This document shows, one piece after another, positions 1 to 11,600 of a stretch of 64,000 nucleotides of DNA. How positions within the stretch are numbered: position 1 is the first letter of the stretch; every line of letters begins with the position of its first letter. The stretch comes from Macrostomum hystrix (lineage: Eukaryota; Animalia; Platyhelminthes): positions 3,100,001 to 3,164,000 of the forward strand of contig CATNEN010000001.1 of assembly GCA_950097015.1 (NCBI GenBank). Reading direction: 5' to 3'. The translations under genes and the position numbers were made by a program. The notes under the pieces were generated by a model. It ran no database searches, was not told the DNA's origin, and saw nothing but the letters and a program-made list of their open reading frames with translations.

Positions 1-2508
1 GCCCGTACAATAGCGTAGCCTTTCTCTACTAATGCTTTTTCGGTGCTTAGTTTACATTCGCAGGCTTCGCTTAGGTGTATAGGCTCTTCAGCCCTGACTA
101 TTAGTGTCCAGTTGATGTCTGAATCGCTTGAAATCGAACCGTTTACCTGCGTCAAGTTGTCAGCCCAACCTTCAGCATAGCTGCCAGTTATGTGAATATC
201 TTCGTTGGTGATTTGCCTTACAATGTACTGCAAGAAATCTGCCATTGTCTGTTGAAGCATTGCTCTTTGTGCCGTGAAGCCAGCTGCGTTCAGCATGGCA
301 TGAATAGTCAAACTAAGAAGCCTGTCGTCCGTAGTTTCCCGCCTGCTGTAGTAATACAATAACGAATGTATAAATTAGTCACTGGGAGCTTGCAGCCCAT
401 TGTTTAAAGCTTCGGACTTCTGACCAAGAGTTTGGGAGTTTGCATCGCAGCCAAAAGGAATCAATTGTGCCTTTGGGCAAGAAACTTGATTCCCCGTGTG
501 CCTCAGCTCACCCAGCGTCAACATAGGCACCAGTATCAGCTAAGGGGAAGAGATTGTGAGTGCGGCGGCCTCCACAGTCCATGGATTGACTCTTTAGAGT
601 TAATTCTACATAGCCTAGTACAGAGGTTGTAGCCTAGTGGTTAGGGCGTCGAACTCACGACTTGAAGGTCGGAGGTTCGATTCCCGACTTCACTGAAACT
701 ATTTGTTTTCTTTTAGCAAGAAGCTTAACTCCGCATTGCTTCAGTTCACCCAGCTGTTAAATGGGTACCAGCATCAGCTGGGATAGTTGAAGGTGGGTGT
801 GGCGGGGGGGGTTTCACAAACTCGAAATTTCACAACGTCGAAAGAACCTTTCTTCATAAGCTCGAAACTTCATAAGCTCGAAACTTCATAAGCTCGAAAC
901 TTCACGACGTCGAAAACTAAAATAGCAGCTACCTTCATAGCAGCCATGAAATCTCTTGCTAAAGCTTTCGACGTTGCGAAGTTTCGAGCTTATGAAAAAA
1001 GGCTTTTCTGTGTTGTGAAATTTCGAGCTTGTGATAGCACCCCGGTGTGGCGTCCCCCCAGTCCATGGACTGAACAGCAATACGCAGCCTTCAGTCGCAG
1101 TCGCGCAATAGCTGTGGCTGTGCTGTCGGCTGCACATCTGACCCTATTGGGGCAGGTGTAATCAATTATTATTATTGGTATTACTATTATTATTATTACA
1201 TAAAAATTAGCATATGAGAGCCGTATAGCCGTACACAGCCTTTGAAAGCATCTCGTAATGGCTGTAAATTTGGCCCAATTAGGCTAGAAACGATTTCTAT
1301 TATTCCCTTTTATAGTCGGTGGTGAAGAAATGAACCTGCCTAAGATTATTGCTAAGTTATTAAATTCATAGCATACTTACCCAGGTAGACTGTAGAGGTT
1401 TGGGATACATCTTTCGACATAGGATTCGCTGCATGAAATAGAACGCATGAGCAAAATGCTTCAGTTTGAACATTTGTATCATTGACTATTATTAAAATTA
1501 GTTCGTCTTTCAACTATGGAGTAGAGAAATTTACCTGTCAAGAAGTCGCACAATTTGGTAGCGTCCAAATTTCTCTGCAAGCTGGAAACATGTGGCTCCT
1601 TCTTTGTCCTTTTTCTGGGCATCTGCTCCATTATGAAGCAACACTTTCGCTGCCCTGACATGGCCCGCAATGCAGGCCCTTGCGAGCGGTGTCCTGCCTT
1701 CATCATCAGTCGCGTCGATAAAAGAAGCTCGATCTTTCAGTAGGATCTCGATGAAGCTGTGCTGACCTGCATCAGCAGCCAGCATGAGTATGCTACCAGT
1801 TTCGTCAGGTTGATCGACGGATTCTATTTTCTGAACTAAAATCCGAGCCAATTCGACATCACCGTTCAAAATGGATCGCTTGAGGAGCTGCAGAGCGTCT
1901 GCGGGCTCTTCAATGCTAGAGACTGTCTTGAGTATCAATTCGTTGTTAGCTTCTCCAATTGAACTAAGTTGAATTAGACTGTTTGTGGCAAGACTATGGT
2001 TTGTTGGATCTCTTTTCAAAGTTGCGTCAATGGTCTTTGCACTAAAAGGCGAACTCTGTGAAGAACAGTCGATAGAAATTAGGCTTTCCTGTCTTGCTTT
2101 AAGAAGTTCCTCTATCACAACGTTCATATTTTCGTCCTGAATTTGTCCCTTGGGTGTCTTTGTGTCTGTTTGTTCATCTCTTTTGGCATGACTTTGTGTC
2201 ACTTTGCTTTGCAGAGGTTTGATTTCTGCACCGTTTGGATCGTCATTTCTGAGGCAAGTTGAATAAAGAATGTAAAAGTTAAAGAAAATCTCTGTAGCTT
2301 TTAGTTTTTCAATGTAAATTGCTGGGGAATGAATGGAATACGAGGAGACATTGCTTTCTGATGCGCCTTGTTTTGATGATTCAATTGGGATTAATGAATT
2401 GGAATCTTGCAAACGGTCTGTTGATTTTGTACCTGACCGACTCGCTTGTGATTCGTACAAGTATTCATTCGTTATTTTCCGTAAATTGCAACTTTTGATC
2501 GAAGACAT
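1..2508 (-). CDS. Paralogue C (partial, runs off the left edge): ankyrin + Mab-21/cGAS-like NTase protein without the 11-aa repeat; exons ~2508-1535 and 345-<1
   Basis: ORF 1531..2604 has ankyrin repeats (TPLARACIAGHVRAAKVLL) and ends at donor AG|GTAA (1535, phase 2). Acceptor TACAG|CAG at 345 continues in frame: ...HAMLNAAGFT...DIHITGSYAEGWADNLTQVNGSISSDSDINWTL, homologous to exon 2 of copies A and B. Start Met (2508) is uncertain. Confidence 0.8.
385..595 (+). mobile_element. Old, diverged copy of tRNA-derived CORE-like SINE (family A)
   Basis: Degenerate tRNA-like head followed by CCTTTGGGCAAGAAACTTGATTCCCCGTGTGCCTCAGCTCACCCAGC, which aligns by eye with the younger copy at 623-1195. Confidence 0.5.
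623..1195 (+). mobile_element. tRNA-derived SINE (family A) with CORE-like central domain and (ATT)n tail, interrupted by a MITE
   Basis: A box TAGCCTAGTGG, B box GGTTCGATTCC, central TTAGCAAGAAGCTTAACTCCGCATTGCTTCAGTTCACCCAGCTGTTAAATGGGTACC, ATT tail. Near-identical copies at 33.5, 40.1 and 54.3 kb. Confidence 0.85.
805..1043. mobile_element. MITE (239 bp) with ~32-bp TIRs and 9-bp TSD (Mutator- or Merlin-type)
   Basis: TSD GGTGTGGCG at 796-804 and 1044-1052. TIRs GGGGGGGTTTCACAAACTCGAAATTTCACAAC / GTTGTGAAATTTCGAGCTTGTGATAGCACCCC. The other SINE copies show the empty site. Confidence 0.85.
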
Positions 2509-3189
2509 TCTATTTTCAATTGCTTCTTTGACACCTATCCAATCAGAACTTTTATGTTTCACCGAAACGATTTCGCTGCAAGAGAAATGAATTAAAGGAA
2601 GCACGTTATTTTAGAATTTGCTACCTCGGTTTTATAAACTTCTGTTGCAAACCAAATTTTAACTTAAAAAAGTATTATTTTAACATTTTTAAGAAAAAAC
2701 GCAAAGCAAGAAGGATAAAGGAAGTAGACTCACTTTCATGGGGTCATTTCGTTGCGACTCAAAGTTTACTTAAATGATGATTTAGGTGATTATTTGTTTG
2801 ACAAGTTAATATGCTACTTGACGCGTCATGAGCAGTACAATAAAAGTTCCTTTTTCTAGCAAGCTTATGACTAGTTCGCGCGGGCTGCACTAACTGGCGT
2901 TTGTGTACGCTGCCCACCCCTGCCCCCCCCGCGGCTTCTCCCCATACGTGACTGTACAACATTCGTATGTACAGTGTACTTTACATGCAGGCACAAACCA
3001 AGCAGCCTGCGTACTGTAAAAGAAATTTAATCAACAAAATGTAAAATGTAAGTGTACAACTATCGTACAGCCGGAGTGTAAGTGGTAAGGTAGAAAAATT
3101 GCTTAGCAACCGCGAGAAAAATTAAGTACTGCAATTTTTAGGAATGCAGCGACACCCTACTATCCTACACCCTACACCATACAGCGACA

Positions 3190-4612
3190 CTGTGCTACCA
3201 CCCTAATGTCTGTGCTACCACCCTACTGTCTGTGCTACCACCCTACTGTCTGTGCTACCACCCTACTCTCTGTGCTACCACCCTACTCTCTGTGCTACCA
3301 CCCTACTGTCTCTGCTACCACCCTACTGTCTGTGCTACCACCCTACTCTCTGTGCTACCACCCTACTGTCTGTGCTACCACCCTACTGTCTCTGCTACCA
3401 CCCTACTGTTTCTGCTACCACCCTACTGTCTCTGCTACCACCCTACTGTCTCTGCTACCACCCTACTCTCTGCAACCACCCTACTATCTCTGCTACCACC
3501 CTACTGTCTCTGCTACCACCCTACTGTCTGTGCTTCCACCCTACTGTCTCTGCTACCACCCTAATGTCTGTGCTACCACCCTACTGTCTGTGCTACCACC
3601 CTACTGTCTCTGCTACCACCCTACTGTCTGTGCTACCACCCTACTGTCTCTGCTACCACCCTACTGTCTCTGCTACCACCCTACTGTCTCTGCTACCACC
3701 CTACTGTCTCTGCTACCACCCTACTCTCTGTGCTACCACCCTACTCTCTGCTACCACCCTACTATCTCTGCTACCACCCTACTGTCTCTGCTACCACCCT
3801 ACTCTCTGTGCTACCACCCTACTCTCTGTGCTACCACCCTACTCTCTGTGCTACCACCCTACTGTCTCTGCTACCACCCTACTGTCTGTGCTACCACCCT
3901 ACTGTCTCTGCTACCACCCTACTGTTTCTGCTACCACCCTACTGTCTCTGCTACCACCCTACTGTCTGTGCTACCACCCTACTCTCTGCTACCACCCTAC
4001 TATCTCTGCTACCACCCTACTGTCTCTGCTACCACCCTACTCTCTGTGCTACCACCCTACTATCTCTGCTACCACCCTACTGTCTGTGCTACCACCATAC
4101 TGTCTCTGCTACCACCCTACTGTGTCTGCTACCACCCTACTGTCTCTGCTACCACCCTACTGTTTCTGCTACCACCCTACTGTTTCTGCTACCACCCTAC
4201 TCTCTGTGCTACCACCCTACTATCTCTGCTACCACCCTACTGTCTCTGCTACCACCCTACTATCTCTGCTACCACCCTACTGTCTCTGCTACCACCCTAA
4301 TGTCTCTGCTACCACCCTACTGTCTCTGCTACCACCCTACTGTCTCTGCTACCACCCTACTGTATCTGCTTCCACCCTTCTCTTTCTGCTACCACCCTAC
4401 TGTCTGTGCTACCACGCTACTGTCTGTGCTTCCACCCTAATGTCTCTGCTACCACCCTACTGTCTCTGCTACCACCCTACTGTCTCTGCTACCACCCTAC
4501 TGTATCTGCTTCCACCCTTCTCTTTCTGCTACCACCCTACTGTCTGTGCTACCACGCTACTGTCTGTGCTTCCACCCTTCTCTTTCTGCTACCACCCTAC
4601 TTTCTCTGCTTC
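3190..4612. repeat. 20-bp minisatellite (CTACCACCCTACTGTCTCTG)n
   Basis: Direct tandem array of about 70 units, with occasional 18-bp variants. Confidence 0.97.
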
Positions 4613-5634
4613 CGCTGAAAATTTGCACCCTTGTAAAAGCACAGAATTCTGTGTACCACTAAATAAATTAATCCAAGCAGTTAAGGAACTGCTGTTGACA
4701 ATATTTTCGGATATGAAGCACGAAAACTTTAAGAGGACAAACCGAAAGTAGTTCGTGACGTATAATTTTACGAGTTATTTTTCAAAATAACAAGGAACAG
4801 TATTTATTTGATATTGTTTTTAAACACGAGTGACTTTTTTCACTAAATCAGTTTTTTATGGTTTGCATTTCATTCTCCTAATACTACGCAAAATACTTAG
4901 TTTTTACCTTTTGTTTTAACGCTTTACCTAAGGGACAAGGGTACAAATTGAATACAAAAAACAAGTGAGAAATACATGCAATTAGCATTGATTAAAAAAA
5001 AGCTCACAAATTTCAGTCCAGCACTATTTAATGCATTAGCTTGATAAAGTATTGTTGCTTCAAGAGTATCCGTCAAATTACAATATAATATGCGCACATT
5101 CATTTAAAATGGCTGGAAAACGATAAGCTTAAATATAATCATTTAGATACGTCTTTGACGTTAGTCTGAGTGACAGTATTTGGAAGCAACGCTTGTAAGT
5201 TCTTAAAATTTCCCCTTCCCTTAAAGCTAAATCTCACAACGGTAGAAACACCACGTGGAGCATTTTAATTGATTTTTTATCCGTTATCCGTTGGATAATT
5301 GATTTAATAGTCAATTATTCTATTAGTAAACCAAAAAGGATTTGCCATAGAGGTTTGTACGGAGCAATGTTAGTGGTCCTTGTCGACAGGGTCTCCTACA
5401 ATGATCGCTAAACATCTCATCGATGCTTTGAAGGTTCATTCATCGTCAAGGGCTGAAAATTTTGATCTATATAATGCACTCTCACGAAAATTGGTTTGGC
5501 TATCGTGAAAAAGGCAGTGGGTATGTGAAACACCCACGTGGTCGTTATTTACCCAGGGGGAGAGTAACTTTTTACTGTTATTGTAATTGTACTAACTCAT
5601 TTCGTCGCTTTCTGCAATCTGTTAGCTAGGCGTC

Positions 5635-8600
5635 TTACTCTTTCGGAAAGATGAGAGGCTTCTTCAATGTTGATTGGTAGCACGGTATTTGCTTATTGTC
5701 AGTCTCAACACTGACTGTAGAAGTCACCACAGGTAGCAGTTGAGTGAACTCGGGCGGAGCAGCACTGCCGTCATCGTAGGCTCCTAGAATCGACCTCTTC
5801 AGCGCCTGAATGAACACAGCGCCAGTCTGAATGTCTCTTTCAGACTTGTCCCCCTGAGTAACACTGTAGATATACAGCGAGTCCTCATTCAGGAGTGCAT
5901 TTTCTAGTCCGGGACATGCCGGCAGAATCATTTCGGCTGGGATGTGTCGACAAGCTTGAATAATGAAAACCTTCGGCTTGCCAAGGAGTGACGGATCCAA
6001 GCGAACTCTAGTAAACAACGTTTTCAGGCAAATTTTAGCAAGATCCGTTGAATACACAGAGTCAAATTCGCCGTGGGACATAATGCACAGTAGGAATGCT
6101 GCACATTCTTTATATTTGTCCCGTGTAAACTCGCCAGTCTCCGGAAGTCGGTGAAAAAAGTGTTCCGTCACATTTTCATACACTCTGTAGTCGAAGCCCA
6201 ATTTTTCCAAGCAGTCTGGCAAGCAGTCCTGGGCCGAGTCTCTCTCAGCTCCTAAGCGAGTCGGCTGTCGTCTGGGGTCATCAAAGTCTATGTTGTTAAT
6301 CACTATTGCTAAGCGAGTCAAACGATTGCCAACATCGTAGCGTATCTCTTGAGCGCCTTGCCCTCCATGAGCTGCACTGGAACCACCTTCATCGACTCCT
6401 GAACCGCCAGCTGAAGGCCCAGAAGATCCGCTGCGAGAATTTCCAGAACTATTGCCTCCAGCTGAACTGCCATGATCTTCTTGCGGCTCAGGAACGCTTT
6501 GGCTAGCAGATGTCTGATTGGCTAGCCTTCTGATGCTAAAAATAGAATGAAATTAGTAGATGACACTGCATAGTCTCATTAGAGAGTCAAGAGTGTTGCT
6601 AAAGGACGCAAATTTACACTGGAGTAGGGAGTCAAACCCCCGACCTTAAGGTCGTGAAGCGACGCTCGAACCAAAAGGCTACAAGAGGTAAATAGGAGAC
6701 GCGATTTTCAGTAAAGAGAGACAGACCTATAGACAGGCAATCTGGTCAGACAGTCATTCTGTCAGTCTGACAACAACAGTCCTGACACCAATGTTAATGT
6801 TGGGTAGGTTCACGGTCTCAATATTTTCTCTCCTAAATTTATTTTTGTGCTCACACTCACTACTCTTAACAATACAATTTTTACTCTCCCTAATTGCAAA
6901 TTCGTATTAACAAAGAATAATATTATATAGTATATTATATACTAGCGGCGTGAGCACACCATAACAAAAGTGTGTGATATTTAAACTCACCAATCTCTGA
7001 TGAAATCCGCGCACTCAAAATGCTTGCCGCATTCCGCCCACTGCAAGCAGGTGCGCCTGTACTCCCCGACAATTTCCCACTTCTGCAAGCTATCAATCTT
7101 CTTGCTCAGAACTCTCAGCACTTCCAGTTGGCCATTTCTAGCCGCCCAGATGAGCGGCGTATTGCCAAAGCGGTCAGCGTGGTCTGCGTTGCAGCCGGCA
7201 CGCAGCAAAACTTCAGCAACGCCTGCGAAGCCGCACTTTGACGCGTGAGTCAAAGCCGTGCAGAGCAGTCGATCCTACGAGGTAATGTTCACAAATATAA
7301 TTAAGTTACACTTGCTACGGAGTATTATGTCTTCGTAACTTCAAATGGGCGCTCTCTCAAAGCCAAGTTTTTTAACTTGAAATAAAAAAACGTTGAATTA
7401 CAAACGCTCGTATACAAGACTTCACAAACTCGAAATGTAATTAGACGTTGAGAACTTTCTGGTTCATGAAACTTTGACGATATGAAATTTCGGGCTTGTG
7501 AAACGTCCCTTTCAAATGAGTCCAAACTCACCTGAAGATTATAATCGGCGTTCATTTCAAGCAAAGCCACAGCCACGTCGACGTGTCCGCTCTGTGCCGC
7601 AAGCATCAACGGTGTCTGCTTCATGTTGTCAGGTCTGTTTACTTCGAGCGAAAGATTTTCAGTGGAAATATTTTCACAAATGACCTTCACAACTTTCAGG
7701 TGGCCTTGTAGGCTAGCCCAGGAGAGAGCTGACCTGCCAAGGACGTCACAAATGGTACTCGAATTCGGTTGCTTTTTCATCAGCTCTGCTACCAGGTCGG
7801 TTCTGTTTTTCTTGGCTGAGAGGATAAGTAGCGTCTCCTTCGCTGGTGGCAGCTGCTTGCATAGATCTCTTGAGATCTTCACATTACTCTCAAGCTCCTC
7901 ATTGGTCCATTGGTCTGGGTACCTGGGAAATTAATGAACATTTCAAGTGAAATTTTAGTGCAGTCGAGCTTAACTACAATCTTGAAGAGACAGGGTTCTG
8001 ATTACCGATTGACGTATTTTAGTAAACCGCAAGTTTTGGAAATACATCACTTACCTTTCTTTGGGTACAAATAAGAACTCGCTGGCAAAGATCTCTTTGA
8101 GTCTCTCTCTGAGCTGCTTAATTGTCTCGCGGTCTCTAGTGTCGTAAGCGAAGCGATTTTTATTCACGATGGCTTCCATTTTGGCTAAACAGAACTGTAC
8201 TTGCTTTCCAGAGTTGCTGTAGTGACACACTGTGGTCAGCTCTTCAAAGTCTGGGTCTTCTTGCAGCTGCTCAAACCACGAGTCGGTATCTTTAACTCTC
8301 AAGAGTTCTGCTTGGAGACTCCAAGATAGGCAGCAAAAGTTCACAAGAAGATAAAAGTCACCTGTAATAGACTTTCTGACAACAAGCAACTTCCTGGTGA
8401 ATTCAGGCATGAACGAAAAGTCTGAATGATTCCGATTCAATGGGAAACAAAATCTCCAAGCCCAGTCTGAGTTCACTGGACTTTCAAAAATTCTTTCCAT
8501 GAGCTTGATTTGGCGCGGCTCCCAACTTCTCATCACCCTGTGGTGAGAGAGTGGCCCGAGCACTTCTGTTGCCCTTGAATGGTTTCCGTTTTTCAAGTGC

Positions 8601-11600
8601 ACCAAAGCAGTCATACAGAGAATTGTGGTTCTGCTCCACGACTGGTTCTCAAAGTCGTTAAGGAATTTCAGTTCAGCATCCATGTTGTCTTTTGAGGTCC
8701 CCAACTTCTCGATGCAGTCAAAGACGGCTTGGAAAAGCTGGCCGCACTTGGAACTTGGCCGCACTGTGTCCAGGGCTAGAAGCGGAATCAGTGTGAATGG
8801 GTGAAAGTGAAAGCTTTTCACCTGGAGCGGTTGCAGTTCAAGTTTCAGCTTATTCGCCAGTATATCGACCAAATTTCTTCTGAGCTGCATGAGTCGGTCT
8901 CGAACTCGCGACTTCGTGTGCTGAAAGTCACCGCCGATGCCTGCGTTGCTGATGTACAGCTGGCAATCAGGCAACAAAAAGCTTGGCATACAAATGTCAG
9001 GGCTATCTTCGGAGTCAAGAAACTCGGCCATCTTGTCTAGCGACTGTTTTAGCAGCTGAACCAAATTCTCTGGCCTCCACACATTTTCATTCGTTAGTCC
9101 ATGGTCGTTGATAATAAAGAACAGCAAAGTTTTTGCGTGGTAGGTCTTGAGACCCGATGTAGCCACTTGACTTGACAGAATCTTTTTGAAAATGAACTTT
9201 ATCAATACGAAGAGCTGGCCTTGGCAGTCATTGAGCGATCTCATTATTTGCTTTTCTAAAAGGCTGGTGCTTAACCTGAGCTCTCTGTCATGGCTGGGTC
9301 TGGCTGCTCTGACCAAGTGCAGCTGCGGTATCTCCTCACCAGAGAGACCAGTTAGTTGGTGGCGCTGATTGGTCAGGTAGTTGCTGCAGCATTGAAAAGC
9401 CAAGCAGGCGCTCTCCGATGGTCTAGCACCGAGGGCGTCCAGTCGAAAAGCTGCCTCGCTTCCTGCAATGAGAATCAGGTTTCCTAAAAAAAATTCTAAA
9501 ATGGCAGCTTTTTGTAATTACGAGATATATCCCTACTCCATTGCAAAACATTCAAATAACAAACTAAAAGCTAAATACTTTTCAAAAACGGGGTGAGAAG
9601 CAGAGCAGTCTTGAGAGACAGCATCTCACAGAAAGGTTCCTGAGCTCGAATCCGCGTCGAGGCCACAGTCATTTTGGGCGCAGCCGCGGAGAGAAGGCTT
9701 GGGGGCTTGTCGTGCAATTCAAGGCACAGTTAGAGTGTAACTCTGCCTGACGATGGGAAAGTTAGGGCAGATGTACACACAAATGTGAGTGTGTGCTCAG
9801 GTGGCAGAAGAATGAGCAGAATCGACTCCTCGCTGACTGCAGGTCTATGCTGTCACCAAATGATTTTCAAGTGCCAACAGCCGTCCCGCAAATATGAATA
9901 TTTTTTTATTTTTTTATTACCTATCAAACAATCAACTTGGGCGTGACCCTCTTTAACTTCAAGCTTTTGAAGGCCAATTGCTGCACAGTTGCAGGAGCGA
10001 AGCAAGTGAATCGGCTTGCGATCCTGAGCGAATACAGTCCAGTCGATATTGGACTCTTCTGAAATATTTCCTTGCACTCTTTCCAGGCTGCAGCCCCAGC
10101 CTTCAGCGTAGCTACCAATCACGTGAATATCTTTCTTTGTTATACACCTTGAGAGCTGCTCTGTGAAGTCCGCCATCTTCAGGTGCAAGCTAATCCTTTT
10201 TTTGGTGAAGCCGGCCAGGTTTAACATCTTGTGTAGCTTTAAACTATCGGCTTCGTCATTTGACTGAGGGCTGAAAAGTTTAAAATTATAAACTAGTAGA
10301 AACCAGCGAAAGTACATTCAGTGTTTTTATTGTTACATTTACTAAGCTTATTGCAGCATAGGGGATGAGGGGCGGTGCGGTTAACGCGTCTGCCTCTCGC
10401 ACCACGGTCGCTGAGCCCGATTTCGCGGTGAGGCCGCATTAAATTTTTGCGCAGCCGCGGAGAGAAGGCTTGGGGGACTTGTCGTGCAATTTTACGCCCT
10501 TGATGGCAAATCTCCGAGGCACAGGGAAGTGTACACTGCCTGACGATGAGAAAGTCAGGGCAGACGTACACACCTGTGTGAGCGAATGTCTGCGCACGGT
10601 CCCACTGTGCGTGTTAGCTCAGGAGTCAGCGAAATGGGCACAATTGCCTTCTCGCTGACTGCAGGTCTAGTGTCACCAAATGATTTGCCATTGCCCGCAG
10701 TGCTGCTGCAATTGCTTACGCATTTCTCAAGAGATCAGTTAGGGCAGTGTTGCTCCTGAAGCTAAGACTTGATCTGAAATGGAATTTTACGAAAAATAAA
10801 GGTAATAAGAAACACATAAGGCATGATGCATGACCTTGGTTTCGCGTCTTACTGATCAATCAATCGCAGAATCTGAAATCTTCCGTGCATCTCCGCCAGT
10901 TGGACGCATGTGAGACCGTCTTTATCGATCTGTTGCGCGTTCGCTGCGTTGTCCAACAGCACTTTTGCCGCCCTCACGTGACCAGCGATGCAGGCCCTAG
11001 CAAGCGCTGCTCTGCCTTCATTGTCCACTTCGCTAACTGAGCACCTTTTTTGCAGGAGCAGCTCAATGAGACTGTGAGCACCGACATCAGCAGCCAGCAT
11101 CAGCGGTGTGTTGCCTGTTTCATCTCGATTGTCAATCATATCGATTTTCTGAAGCAACATTTCGGCTGCCCCGACATCGCCTTTTGTTATGGCGTACCTC
11201 AGAATTTGAAGCAAAGTTTCAGTTGCATTTGACCTAGAAATCTTTTCAATTAGATTTGGATGGCTAAGGAGTCTGATTCTATTACGCAGCTGAATAGTAC
11301 CGACAGCTAATTGTTGCTGCGCATTATCTGGTACTTGTTCTGACTCTTGCTGCGCATTATCTGGTACTTGTTCTGACTCTTGCTGCGCATTATCTGGTAC
11401 TTGTTCTGTCACTTGCTGCACATTATCTGGCACTTGTTCTGTCACTTGCTGCGCATTATCTGGTACTTGTTCTGACTCTTGCTGCGCATTATCTGGCACT
11501 TGTTCTGTCACTTGCTGCGCATTATCTGGTACTTGTTCTGTCACTTGCTGCGCATTATCTGGCACTTGTTCTGGCTCTTGCTGCTCATTATCTGGTACTT

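Noticed and set aside
623-700. tRNA gene (also 33.8, 40.4 and 54.5 kb)
   Set aside because: A/B boxes are present but there is no proper acceptor stem, and each continues into a shared SINE body.
2868-2935. Helitron 3' end (CTAG|T on the minus strand next to a GC-rich imperfect hairpin)
   Set aside because: The hairpin is weak and non-canonical, and no matching 5' end was found.
3206-4751. Long LLPPYCLCYHPT ORFs (also 16144-18663)
   Set aside because: Stop-free translations of a 20-bp minisatellite, open in all three frames.
5635-9403. Operon of separate caspase, ankyrin and NTase genes (CBASS-like horizontal transfer)
   Set aside because: The ORFs start at non-ATG codons and are bounded by phase-compatible splice sites, so they are exons of one gene.
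10539-10565. Hammerhead-like CTGACGA...GAAA GTC in SINE B
   Set aside because: No stem II or stem III, and stem I register does not fit. A simple hairpin explains the pairing better.
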